A stretch of 62,980 nt of DNA, filler included. It is 13 parts of 13 records of this genome, joined end to end, with 100 filler letters (N's around TTAATTAATTAA, not from the genome) between each part and the next. Parts side by side here need not be neighbours in the genome. Positions count along the whole stretch, not along the records: positions 8,198 to 13,383 come from SRR9670534_516; positions 13,484 to 25,510 come from SRR9670534_517; 11 more parts are not named here. One strand, 5' to 3'. Below the pieces are notes generated by a model. The model did not search any database. It saw only the letters and a program-made list of their open reading frames with translations, and was not told the origin of the DNA. Every line of letters starts with the position of its first letter. Position 1 is the stretch's first letter. The translations under genes were made by a program, and so were the position numbers. Positions 12,601 to 25,510 of the stretch are shown here, piece by piece.

Positions 12601-12755
12601 AACTAACATGGCTCTTTCAAGGTACACTGAAAGAAGAACGAAAATTTAGACGGATCCCCCAAACAACAAGTCGGGCCAATTGGAAATCTTTATTACAAGT
12701 GGCCAATGTGAGAGTTAGAAAGAGAGAGCAAGACATTGCGAAAGTTAACACATAA
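9694..12755 (+). pseudogene. LINE ORF2 (apurinic endonuclease + reverse transcriptase) with in-frame stops and a late frameshift
   Basis: APE motifs VVYTNI*SL, FFITES*L, DRTNVHGG, TDDFN, IDWVF, SNH; RT motifs WKISSVTPLHKGG, QYGYR, SLDSSKAFD, GTPQGSCLGP, YADD, LNSEKT; one frame from 9694 to 12330. Confidence 0.92.
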
Positions 12756-13132
12756 TTAATCATAATTAGTGCCAATTTTATTGTTTTTATTGTAAATTTT
12801 ATCAATATTTATTATTAATACATGTCTATGTACCTGTTTAGTTTATTTCATTGTTTAGTTATAACAATTACTATATTGTAAGAACCAATGCACAAAGCCT
12901 TGTATAGGGCTTTGTGCAGCTCTTTTGGTCTGCTCTTTTATTCTCGATGATTCAAATTTTATGGTGTCAATTTTATGATTCAAATTTCACAGGTGTCTAT
13001 AACATGACTAGAATCATTGTTCCCCTATTGTTAGGGAGATTTTTCATTTGTATTAGTTCAGGCCATTGCACTTTCACTTAAACTTCATGCTTTGTACTTT
13101 TTTATTAATATTCTCTGTAAAGTGAATGAAAT

Positions 13133-13161
13133 AAACTTAAACTTAAACTTAACTTAAACTT
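13133..13161 (+). repeat. (AAACTT)n 3' tail of the LINE
   Basis: AATAAACTTAAACTTAAACTTAACTTAAACTT at the end of the 3'UTR. Confidence 0.8.
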
Positions 13162-13287
13162 ACCTACCAACCATATATGACCTACTATGTTCAATAAAAG
13201 CGTCTACAAATATCATACACTAACGACTCCGGAAGCCTATTTAGGTACCTGTACCTCTTACGTTGGCCTAGTACCTATCAGTTCGAA

Positions 13288-13315
13288 CATAGAGTAAGAA
13301 GAATCTTACTCTATG
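13288..13315. repeat. 28-bp CATAGA...TCTATG palindromic mini-insertion
   Basis: CATAGAGTAAGA-AGAA-TCTTACTCTATG; flanks AGTTCGAA / GGTTCAAA match at 6/8. Confidence 0.7.
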
Positions 13316-13539
13316 GGTTCAAAAGTACAAACTGCAGTACGGAAACAGATGCACATGTGTTTACATATATGTAATTTTTGCATNNNNNNNNNNNNNNNNN
13401 NNNNNNNNNNNNNNNNNNNNNNNNNNNTTAATTAATTAANNNNNNNNNNNNNNNNNNNNNNNNNNNNNNNNNNNNNNNNNNNNAAAAAAAATAATAATAA
13501 TAATAATAATAAAAAATTTTAATAACAATAAATAATACT

Positions 13540-16500
13540 ATGGTGGTAGGAATGGAAAAGAAACCAAGCCGCGTAACATTTGATGCTGAAGCAAATAATC
13601 AAAGGTATTGATAATGTACATTAACGTTGCCATTATTATTAATATGTTATTATAATAATGTTAATTAATATTATTATTAATAATCGCATGTATTATGTAT
13701 TGTATTTATAATGTTATACTATGTACTATGGATAATAAATAAACTTTATTATTTTTTATTAATAATAACCAATAATAAGAGGTCGATATTACGTGGGGAT
13801 ATGCTCACAAATGTTGATGAAACAAGAGCCTTTTGATGACTTTTGGCTCTGTTAACGTATTAATTTTAATTATTAATGATGGTATTTGCTGCAAATATAA
13901 TCTAAACGGTAGAATTTCCATTATTTAGTGGTGAAGAAGATGTTTCAACCGCTACTTCACAAAGATACAAAATTTTTTCTCAGACTCGAGGAAGTTTGGA
14001 TTTTATGGTACATGAGTACAGGCCAAAGTGGGATGTCTTCAATAGTGGGACTAGTGAAAACCAACCATATTCGTTATGGTGCCGTAAAATCAAAATAGTC
14101 AGTGTAACTTTGGCAAAATTGCTTGCTATGGTGGTAGTCCTTGTGTTAGTTGCTGCAACATCATTTATCAGTACTATGACTCTGTTAATCGCCACTGCCA
14201 GCACTACTATCATGAGTGTATCAGAAAGCGCCGAAAACGCCACTAACGCCACTGCCAGAAGTTCTTTGACTACTACTATTGATGGCAATACTGCTAAGGT
14301 TAGTATTTCAGAAAGTAGCGAAAACATGAGCAAAGTTTGATGGGTTATTTGTAACAGTACTCATAGGCATAGAGTACAGTACTTGTAGCGCCATCTACTT
14401 AGATAATTGCTTTCCCGCTGTTTCGAATTATCATAAAATTTACATAATGAAATGCAATAATTTTACTAATCATTACACTAGCATTTTCAGTTTATTTTAA
14501 TTTTAGCAAAGTTCTAATATACCCATATGTTCTGACTACAGATATGCTTGGCAACTTGCCCTCTTTGGCATCGTTTGCATTCCATATGGCTTTGGTGTCT
14601 TACTTGGGCTGAAGCAAATATGTTTTAAGAAGTTTCGTATTCCAAATGGTGACAAATGGTTGCAAATCATTTTCGTAAGCTTATTAATTTTCCATATCAT
14701 GTCTTTGAAGTACCAACTAACTAAGTAATATTTAGGGTTTTATAATGGAATTTCTGCATACAATAGGTAGTGGTTTTTTGATTTTTTACTTTTTCCCTAC
14801 ATTTCTTGAGCTACGAATGCATTACATGGCAACATTTTCGCTGGTTTGCGTGGGGATTGTGCCTGCCTTTTGCAGAATACTTTATTTCATCATTCATTTC
14901 AAGTCAAAGAAGTTTGCTACTTTGTTAGATAGACTCAAATTTGCATTTGCGATCTTTGCGTGTTTGGTATTTGCGTTCACGCCATTGCTACCTATTTCGC
15001 TAATAAAGACTGACCGTAATTTTTTTAAAATTGGATTTGTTATACAAGACGAGTCCTACCAGAAACAGAAAGCTGCTATGGTAGTATTATACTTTATTTG
15101 CATAACATTAACATCTTGCAAATGGTGGCATATATTTGCACAAAATTCACCCAGAAAACGCCCCAACAAGGTGCAAAGATGGCTTTATGTCGCTAAAACA
15201 GTTATGCAAGATAATGGCATCTGTACAATTTTTGCAAATTTTTTAAAGATTGTTATAGTTTTGTTATTATTTATTTGTTCTACCTCTATCAAGCTTGGTA
15301 TTCATAACTTCAATATCAGTCTGAAGGATTGTTCAACCAAGTCTTCCAGCGAGGGCGTCAATGTCAATGTAGTTTATGAAAGCTTTCCATTTATTGTCAT
15401 GGGGGTAAATATTGGGTGTAGTATAATTTGTTACTACATATCTAGAATTGCAGCGAAATTAAGGATGTCATTTGTTGGTTTTGTACTGCCTTTAAGTTTG
15501 GGATTTATCGCAACGTTAGCATTGGAAATAGTCGGCGATAAATCTAAAGTATTTTCGAATGTGTTGAAAGGCTTCAATCATACCTTATGGCCATTTTATG
15601 GTGATGGGACATTGGATAGCTCAGATACTTTTTCTATGATGCTACCGATTACCATGTACATTGTCACTTTTGTATTTTGTGAATATTTATGGTTTTCACC
15701 TGGTTATATGTTGAAAAGTAAAAAGTGAGTTACGGATATAATAGTATTAATACATTCCTAAAAAATACCAAAGATAAGTGAAAACATAGCTAAAGTAATG
15801 AATTTTAGAATATTTTTTGATCCCGTCTTCCCAACAACTTTCTTGCCAGCTAGTTTATTGTTTAACAGAATGCTGATTCGAGACAATACAAAGAACAAAT
15901 CGCGAACGGAAGTAATGTACAATTATTATTATTAATAATAATCTATGAAGATAATTGACACCAATGATTGCTGTCAATTGTTTCATATTTATACCAGGAA
16001 GTAAATACAAAATGTGACTATGGTGTCACGTGACATATACGTACATACATGCATCGTAAATAGCGTATACTGCAATACATACTGAAGAGGAATGATTATT
16101 ATTAATAATCCTTACTAATGATTTATTACCGCTTGTTGTTACGTGTTACACAATCTGTATACACTCCTTGCAACGATACAATATTATTATTAATCATAAT
16201 AATAATGCTATGATGTAACTTTATATGTATGGATTTGTATATTAAATATGATATAGTATATTATTAATAAATATGCCATGGCTATGCCACGGTTTTGCTA
16301 TGTATTAGTATACTGTACATAGATTTTCCACTATATCAATGATATATTCAATATTATTGTATCATATAATATAGATATATTCTACATTTGACATGTAACA
16401 TTTAGCCAATATTTATGCCATAATTTACTCTGCCTTACACTAGAGCAATGCAGAACAACAAAACACCATGTTGTATCTTTGTGCAACAATATGGCATGAA

Positions 16501-19500
16501 ACAGAGACTGAAATGGCGCAAATTATGAAATCATTTCTCAGAATGGACTTGGATCAGAGTATAAGAGATACAGCCAAAAGTCGAAGATTCCAGATCAATC
16601 AATACTACGACATGGAGGGTACAATATCACATTCATTATATTCATCATTTTGACTAATAATGATAACAATAACAAAGAGACATATAAACTATAGATTATA
16701 ATGAATGTTTGTAGTTCACGTTCTTTTCGATGATGCTTTTGTGAAAAATGCTGATTCTGATAATAGTTACCGGATAAATAATTTTGTGAGACAATTTATG
16801 CGGATTGTGCCTGAAACCGTACAGTAAGTTTTCTTTATTTGCAATGACAACACAGTCTATGGAATTCTGTTCTATTTTGTATAATTTTTAGCTCCTTCTA
16901 TGGTGGGAAATGTAAGCTCAGATCCTTTGAATTTACTGAAACCAGTTATGGCGGAAAAATTGGTGCGTCTTTTATTTTAATTTGCTGGTAATATCTAATT
17001 ACTAACAATTGTAAGTCTAAACACATATTGTAGAGTACTTACTGCCAGGTGAAAATAAGATGGTTGTTCATTTAAAAAATAAAGATAAAGCGCGCCATAA
17101 AAAGAGGTGGAGCCAAGTCATGTACATGTACTATTTGATTGGCTACCGCATTTATGAGAAGTATGAAGAAGACGATAACCCAACTGCAGCGAAAGACATT
17201 GCAAGGAACACGTATTTACTTGCTCTAGATGGTGATGTAGATTTTCGCCCAGAATCTGTTCATCTTTTAATGGATCTGTTGAACAAGAATGATAAAGTTG
17301 GCGCATGTTGTGGCAGAATTCATCCAGAAGGAGCAGGACCAATTGTTTGGTATCAAAAATTTGAATACGCCATGGTTGGTATTTGTAGTTATTATTCATA
17401 TTAATAATAATTATAGTAAAAACTGTTGAAATATGGTTATGATATTAAATTTTAACCCTTGCTTTTTAGGGGCATTGGTTTCAAAAAGCCACAGAGCATG
17501 TGTTTGGTACAGTGTTGTGTAGCCCAGGTTGCTTTAGTTTGTTCAGAGCCAGTGCCCTTGCTGATGATAATGTGCTCAAAATGTATACGAAAGAACCTCA
17601 AGAACCGAAGCATTTTCTGCAATATGATCAAGGTAATAAGTAACATTTACTAAAGCACATTTTTTATTAATAACAAGAAAAAATAGGCTACTAATTAAAT
17701 AATGAAACTATAATAATGCATGTAATATAATAGGAGCCTATGTATTAATAATAATTATGAAAATTCAAAACCAATAATAAGTTAGATTTTCATAAAAATC
17801 AATAAACAATTCTCATAAAATATCAATAATAGGGGAAGATCGATGGTTATGCACACTTCTAATAATGAAGGGGTACAAGGTTGAATATTGTGCAGCTGCT
17901 GATGCTTTTACCTTTGCACCAGAAAGCTTTGGTGAGTTCTACAATCAAAGAAGAAGGTGGATACCCTCCACAATGGCAAATATTTTGGATTTACTACTTA
18001 ATTCTGCAGCTGCTACCAAAATTAACCAAAGTTTATCCATGCCTTATACCATCTACCAGGCCATCCTATTTGCTTTTGGAGTATTAAGTCCTTCAGTCTT
18101 GCTACTTATGGTAATTGGTGCATTAGACAAAAGCTTACCAATCAAATTTTGGCAGTCCTTTCTGACAAATGTTGCAGTACAAGTCATTTTTGTATTAGTT
18201 TGCCTTAAAGTAAAGAAATCCGCTATACAGGTAGAAAAACACATGTGATAAAATACGTACATAGCTTTATTAATAATACTGCAATTTTTAGCTACGATTT
18301 GCCATAGTTTTTTCGACAGTTTATGCATTGGTGATGGTAAGCGTAATAATTTCTATGGTGATACAAATTGTGCGCGATGGACCGTCTTCGCCAGCTGGTG
18401 TATTTTTGATAACTACTGTTGCGTTATATGTTAGTGCAGCAGTATTCCATCCTCAAGAATTTTTAAACATATTGCATGGCCTAGTCTTTTATTTAATGAT
18501 TCCATCAATGTATATTTTGCTTATGACTTATGCAATCACAAACTTAAATTGTGTTTCATGGGGTACAAGAACATCTGCGGTAGCCACGCCCACCAAGGCA
18601 AAGGCGGCAAACAACAATGGTGACAATTTTATTAAAGGACTGTTTATGAGGGCTTTAGAGAAAGCATTTGGAAATGATATATTTCCAAAAAAACAACCTC
18701 AACCAGGTAATATTGCACATTACTATCGTTGACATCTTTTACATTAGAATTAATAATAATAATAATAATCTAAGTAATTTTTAGAAGTTGTCATCAATGA
18801 TGACAATACCTCCGAAAACACCCAGAGTCGGGCCGACAGTTCAACTTGGGATACAATAGAGATGGTTAGGATTAGAGAAGAAAATGATGCTAAATATATT
18901 ACAGCAAGAGACGAATTAGAAGAAGAATTTTGGAGTACTTTTATTGAGAAATATTTGAAACCTGTAGATCCTAAAGGTTCTGCACAATTAGAGATGAAAC
19001 ATGGATTGGATGAACTTCGAAACAAAGCTACTTTTGCATACTGCTTTTTGAACGGTTTACTTTTAATAACAGTTTTTATATTGGAATTTACCAAGGTTAA
19101 AAATTGCTTACTGATTCCTTGGATGTTCGATAGTTCTAGAAAAATGTCTGATGTTATAAAAGATGTCTCTCTTCAAGAAACATATGCAGCGAATTGCACA
19201 TTTTTACGAAGTGAGATAAATGGCGAACTTTATATCAGCAATTCAATAGATCCCATTGGTGCCTTATTCTTCGTTACATTCTGGATACTCTTGGTACTGC
19301 AATTTATAGGGCTTTTAATACATAGATTATCAACCCTTATTCATATTTTGGCAAAAGCTACTTATGGAGATGATAGTAAAGATGTCAAAGGAGATGACCT
19401 ATACAACTACCTAAGGGCTGGCGTTATGGACGAGATAAACCCTTCTTATCCTGATGGCAACCCACAATTGCCAGGTGGAGGCAGCAGAAACACTTCAATA

Positions 19501-21301
19501 TCAAATATGTCTTCGAAAAGTAGCTTAGCTGATGTGGTAAAGAAAAGTGAAACTAGGAAGAATACTATCAAATCAGTATTGTCAATCAAAAGAATGCTAG
19601 AAAAGCGTTTAGACAGGGAAGTCAATTTGGATTTCACAGCAACTGAAGAAACTTTGGACCAACAAGAACAAGAAGTTCATATGTCACATAAGAGAGTGGT
19701 AGAAATGTCAGTTATGAACAAGAGTTCCTTTAAAAGATCATTTTGTCAAAAACTTGAAGACAACATTGATAGCAATACTATTGATAAAAATGATGAAATT
19801 CAATTACTACAAAACAGTGAATGGATAGATGATGAAGTAATGTCATGGGTTACAACAAAGCTCAAGGAAAGGTTTGTAATGTTGGAGGGATTACAACCAA
19901 CGACATTTTGTGAAAGTCCTGACAACTTTCATAGAATAACAAAACTGCCAAACGTTCAAATTGTTTTTGAAGCAAGTAGAGCACATTGGTTTTTAATTGG
20001 TCAAGTAAAACCAGGCATTATAAATGTTTATGACAGCATGCATGAAGATGATTCTTATTACCAAAATGATGACAAATTAAAGGAAATATTTACCAACATT
20101 TTTGGCCCAAGTTATGAAGTTGTAGTTATTCCTATTATGCAACAAGACAATAGGCATGACTGTGGTTTATTTGCCATTGCGAACGCTATTGAAATTTGTT
20201 CATTCAAGTGGACATCTATTAGCAACATAATTTGGGATAACAGCATAACTATGCGTCAGCATCTGAAAAATTGTCAAAGAGATGACAATTTGATGCCCTT
20301 TCCAAAGGAATTTTGTGGCAATGATTTGGCATGTACCAGTTCAGAAACTAAATGTTCCTTCCATGGCAAAAATGAAAACCTTGTACCATCAGATAAAAGA
20401 AAAGCCAGTGGAAAAAAGAAATATGTTATTCAAAAAGGGATGTTGTTGCGGCAGAGAAGAGTAAGTGGCTCTCGCCATCATTATAGAATTAATTCTGGAG
20501 AGAAATCTGTCCCAAAGATCGAACCATCAACTCCTATAAGCCAAGTTGATGTTACAAGTTCGCACCTTGCAGAATTTCCGAAGCAAAATGATATAAATAG
20601 TGGAGATAATGAATTTTGTGAAGATATAATGAAGTCTGTTGAAGCTACTATTTGGAAGAGAAAATCTTCTACCTTTGGGAAAAATGATAAAACAAAACTG
20701 AACAGTCGTTATGTAAAAATCTCAAAAAAGAAACGCGCTGCACCAAAAATGAACAAAAGTATTGTCAATAGCACCAAATGCCTGACTGATTCTGGAGATG
20801 ATTCCATTTGCAGAAGCCATAGTATTCCTCTCAGTGTTGTACCTGATCGTCAGGTTGATAATCACAACAAGAACGATGGTAACTATTACTCGTTGAAATT
20901 CTTATAACTTGTATATTACGTTTTTAGGTTTAGACAACACTAGTAATGAACTTTCAGAAATCTCATTTTCTGATGATGTTATTAACCAAAATCAGGATAG
21001 AGAACGTTTTTCAAACAATTCTGAAGATAATGAGGAATCATTGAATTCTAATAAAAACAAAAGTGAATGGGCGTTTGAAGCACAGTTAGATGATCTGAAT
21101 ATTGACAACGGGAGTGTGATATATTCTGTTCCAGAAAAACTGTCTTATGCCTCCATGGAGAAAAACAAAAGAAGTTCATGTATTTCAACTGAAAGTGAAA
21201 ACCGAAAGGACAGTGGTTTTCAAGGCTTGAGTATGGTTGATGTTGATGTTGATAATTCATCTCATGCTATTATTAATAATAACAATGGCATATTCGTATA
21301 G
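13540..21301 (+). CDS. CHS: Chitin synthase (GT2), about 14 exons, with a C-terminal Ulp1/C48-like cysteine protease domain and a low-complexity tail
   Basis: CATIWHET, FDDAF, HKKRWSQVMYMYYL, LALDGDVDF, GACCGRIHP, WYQKFEYAMGHWFQKATEH, LCSPGCFSLFR, QYDQGEDRW, QRRRW, SWGTR, EEEFW..KYLKP, ELRNK; long exon 18785-20878 and final exon 20928-21301; first exon (13540-13604) tentative. Confidence 0.95.
19790..20306 (+). other. Ulp1/SENP-like (clan CE, C48) cysteine protease domain inside the chitin synthase ORF
   Basis: WIDDEVM..GLQPT..VQIV..AHWFLI (His 19984)..INVYDSM (Asp 20032)..QQDNRHDCGLFAIANA (Gln 20143, Cys 20161)..MRQHLKNC..PFP. Confidence 0.85.
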
Positions 21302-21893
21302 TAATAAGTTATTTATGTGCTAGGTATAATTAGTTGCAATAACCTGAGTTTGAGAAAGCAGCGCACCAAGGGCTCGAATTTTCTCGCACGAGGGTAGCAA
21401 CGAAGGTGATAGCTAAACGTTTAGGTATCACCTTGGCAGCAACTATATTTACGATTTGCTTATTATTATAAAGATTTAGTTTGTTAATGTAAGGAGATTT
21501 TTAATAAAGAATAAAAATTATAGAAAGTTTAAATATAAATTTAAACATGTCTTTCTAATAATATAAGGCAGTATACGAAATTATTGACGCTAATAAAAAT
21601 TGCAAATGCATGGTTTTCTATATCAATAATTCATGCACAAAAAGATGTCGGTAGTGTCAACGAGAAATTCTCCAATATATGACGGCTTTCCTGCACTTCA
21701 TATCACTAATTATGTTATTGCAGTTATAGTAGCACAATGACTTGGTAATGTCTCAATTGCTTGAGAATACTGTAAAACAAAGCACCAAAACTTCTTCACA
21801 AATAAACAAAAAAACCCATCCACTTGTCGTTCTATTAAACAGCGCATGATCGTTAGGTGATAATTAGTTTTTATTATTACGCCAATCAGAACA

Positions 21894-24800
21894 ATGGTAG
21901 GTGTTAATTAAGAATATTTCCCTAAAATGCATGTGTGCCAATTTGTGTGCTATGAATTTAAAAGTATTAATTATTACAATTTGTAGTATGGTTATTTGGT
22001 AAATTGCATTAAGACATACTTGGTTGAGCATCATGGAGAGAATGTCTGGCTGGAGATAGTGTAAGTATGAGTGAGTTCTTACATGAAATTATTTCCATTC
22101 TTCAATTCTAGAAAAAATGCTAAAGTTCCAAGTGCATTTAACGAATATGACAAATATGGAGATCCAATCCTACAGAGAATTATAAATACTGCATCCAAGG
22201 TTCTAAAGTTTGAAAGGAAAAGGCTTCTGACTATGATAGGAGAATACTATTTAACCTATTGTCAAACAGTACCAGGTCATGCAGATATCCTAACAAATCT
22301 GGGTGGAAGTCTTATTGACTTCTTGCAAAATCTGGATTATGTGCATACCTTTGCAAGGAGTAGGTATGAAGACATGGATGTTCCTTCTTTTAGATGTGAA
22401 GACGATTCAATTGAAGAATTCATCTTATTGCACCACTATACAAAATATCATGACTTTTATCCATTAGCTGAAGGTTTATTATTATTAATTAATAAATATT
22501 ATAACAAGCATACCTAACATATTTGAATATATTGCATTTATTTTCAAAGGTATTATTTTGCAAATTGCTCGAGTGATTTTCAAGGTGCAATGTAACATGG
22601 AAGTGTCGCAAAAGAATTTGATAAAACTTCAAGCAAATGGTCCCAACATTCAGCACATCCTCTGGAATATTACAATTAAAAAACCAAAAAAAGTAGCTCC
22701 AATGGCACCTCCAACGTTTGTTGCACAAACAAAGAAAGGATCAGAACAACAAATTTTAAAAACTGTATGTTCTTATATATTAAAATGTGCAGCTATGGAT
22801 GTGTTACAATTTTTAGTAACAAAATACAATCATAGATAGCTATGGTATTTAGGATGTTGATGCCATTAAAACGAAAATCGCTAAACTGATGAAAGAAAAG
22901 GGTGCTAAAGCATTTGGTGTTTCAAGAAAGCGACAATTGAGAGCCAGATGGAAGGCCATCTCAAGAACTGTTGGCAAATATAGAAGGATGACAGGCAAAA
23001 ATCCTGACATAGGTGATGGTACTAAAGCATTTGCAGCTTACTATCCTAAAGAACTATACTTAACCTCCAAATCATTCTGCAACCTTGTTCCATACCACTT
23101 CATATTTGATGAGTACCTCTTCATCAGACAAGCAGGATTGTCACTTCAAGTTTATATGCCTACCATAAAAGGTGCAGACGCTAAAGTGCATGATTTCTTT
23201 GAATTAGTACACCCTCCAAATGTTGACATCACATTTAACAACTTATTGAATATGATTCAAATGCCCATGATTTTCCAAAGCAAGATAAGTGTTTTGCAGA
23301 AGGATTGGGGTGACAAACCGCCATTGATTTTCAAAGGTACCTACTAGTGTATGCATCATCATAATATTGTATCATTACTACTGTAAACATGTTACAATGT
23401 AGGGCAAATCTTCAAAGCTAAAGAAGGGCATCTTGGATTTATGGGTTCACCATATTTAAGAAGTTTCAAGGATCTTAAAGAAAGGCAGCAATTTTTAGCT
23501 GATATTCCACTGTGGGATACAACTAGAGAACTACTAATAAAGCTTCATATGGATGACATATTTGAAAAACAAGGAACAAAGCTTGCGCCAACAAGCACAA
23601 TTAATGTGCACACTACAGAAATTATAAAGGTAGGACCTGATCATGATAATTTCGAAAAACTACAACTAGTTCAACAAGAAGCTGAAGCAGAGCGGGTAAA
23701 AGAGCGACAACTACATTCAACAAAATGTGCACAATTAGAGAAGGAGTTAAAGGCAGCGAAACAAAAAGCTGCTGAAATGAAAAAAGAGCTTGACAAATTC
23801 AAGAATATAATGCCTGAAAAAGAAGTAGTAAATAATACCACCCACACCAAAAAGGTGATTATAGTTTCCAAAACAGTAGAAGATCCAAGTGCTAGTAAAG
23901 ATCCCAATGTCGATAAATGTTCCATAGATGAGACTAAGTAAATTCACTCAGTTAGTATAATAATCTATTGTTATACATGTATAATATGCACATTATTTCA
24001 GTCAAAAAATCGAGTTAGATGAACAAGTCAAAAAGTTAAAAGCCGACATGAAAAAGCGGCAAGAAGAATTAGATGCAGAAAGGAAGCTGAATGAGTGCAT
24101 GGCAAGAAAATTTTTGCCACGCCCACTGGTGAAGGATTGGCGGGAAGGAAGATTAATGCAAGGGGGTAAGATAAACTCTCTCCACCAATAATAGTCTATC
24201 ATTAACGGATCTTCGCAATAGGTGAATTTCCTGGAGTATCATTACTGTTTTGTGATCTCGTTGGTTTTGTCAAAATGGCGAAAGAATGCAAGATAACAGA
24301 AACAGTCAGTTTAATCAACAAACTGCATCGAAAGTTTGACAAATTGTGTGAGCATCATGACGTCTTCAGAGTATGTATCTTGCTACTTATGTAATCTTTC
24401 ATGACGATATAAATTTTTTATATAGAATGAAACAGTTGGTGACGCTTACATGGTAGCGTCAGGGATACTTGACTGCACCCCTGCTTCAATAGAAAAAATT
24501 GCTAACACAGCGTTAGCAATGGTGGCAGCATCCAAGGAAATGAATCACCCGCTTAATAAAACAGAAACGTTGCAAGTAACAAATATAACTATGTTATGTA
24601 ATTCACCTAAAATATTCACTAACATAATAATTACAATGCCTTACATATTACAATATGATATGAAATGCCATTTCAGTGAAATGATTTCACTGTGTTACAG
24701 TAGCACCAAAAGTATTGTTAATCATAATATTATGTTAATAAAAATATTACTAATATATCCTTATATTGTAAGATTATTGTTAATATTTTGGTTATGCTGA

Positions 24801-25223
24801 TTAGTAATCAGTGATTACGGCAACACACTATTACTATCCAATAATTAAATTAAATACTTGATTTATGAAATTTCTTAATTTTACAAGATAAGAATTGGAA
24901 TACATACCGGTTCAGTGCTAATTGGAGTTACAGGCAACAAAATTCCAAGGTTACTGATGCTGGGAGAAACAGTAACATTAACCTCAAGATTGGAGAGTCA
25001 TGGCATTGGAGGGAAGATCCATTTAAGTCCAATTTCACAGAAGTTACTAAATGATACAAACAAGTACTTAATAACAGAACGGGGAGAAATCGTCGTACGT
25101 GGATTTGGATCTATGACTACATACATACTTGTTTCACATTTGGCTTTGGATGAGAAGGATCTACTTGGTGGCGTTGAAATTGTTTATGAAACCGTCAAAA
25201 GCAGCAAAGTCCCCTCAAAGTGA
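21894..25223 (+). CDS. Soluble guanylate cyclase subunit, atypical (H-NOX, PAS/HNOBA, coiled coil, cyclase), multi-exon
   Basis: ATG-only first exon then YGYLVNCIK..HGENVW; LGGSLIDFLQNLDYVH; PSFRCE; FCNLVPYHFIFD; LFCDLVGF; ETVGDAYMVASG; IRIGIHTG; SRLESHG. Confidence 0.92.
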
Positions 25224-25481
25224 AATTACTTCATCCTTTGACATTTCATTTATTCATTATTCAGTATTATAATACAATATTATGGTAAAACAAAGGCAAA
25301 ACTATTAAAAAGCAGTGGTATCGCTATGGGCTGCAACCATGGTCTAATGTCATTGTTTTAGGAAACAAACAAAAATGTAAGGCAAATTTGCCGGTACTCT
25401 ATCATGTTACTTCATAGCAAAACAGTAAAATGAGTGTTACACTATAGTTACTATCAAGGATATTACACACTGTGTAATATC

Positions 25482-25510
25482 CATAGACAAAGAGAATCTC
25501 TTTGTCTATG
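25482..25510. repeat. CATAGA...TCTATG palindrome at a contig end, abutting another hairpin (25458-25482)
   Basis: CATAGACAAAGAGA-A-TCTCTTTGTCTATG, preceded by GGATATTACACA-C-TGTGTAATATCC. Confidence 0.75.

Larger units (their letters stand above)
8198..13161 (+). mobile_element. Non-LTR retrotransposon (LINE; CR1/L2-group-like), decayed, 5' end cut by the contig boundary
   Basis: ORF1, then an APE-endonuclease + RT ORF2, then a 3'UTR with a stem-loop ending in AATAAA and an (AAACTT)n tail at 13130-13161. Confidence 0.9.

Noticed and set aside
8198-21301. The LINE as the donor of the Ulp1-like domain, or as a neighbour of the chitin synthase
   Set aside because: Separate contigs, and the LINE shows no protease motifs
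4076-25223. NOS1AP and soluble guanylate cyclase as a nitric-oxide signalling cluster
   Set aside because: They lie on different contigs separated by two artificial spacers
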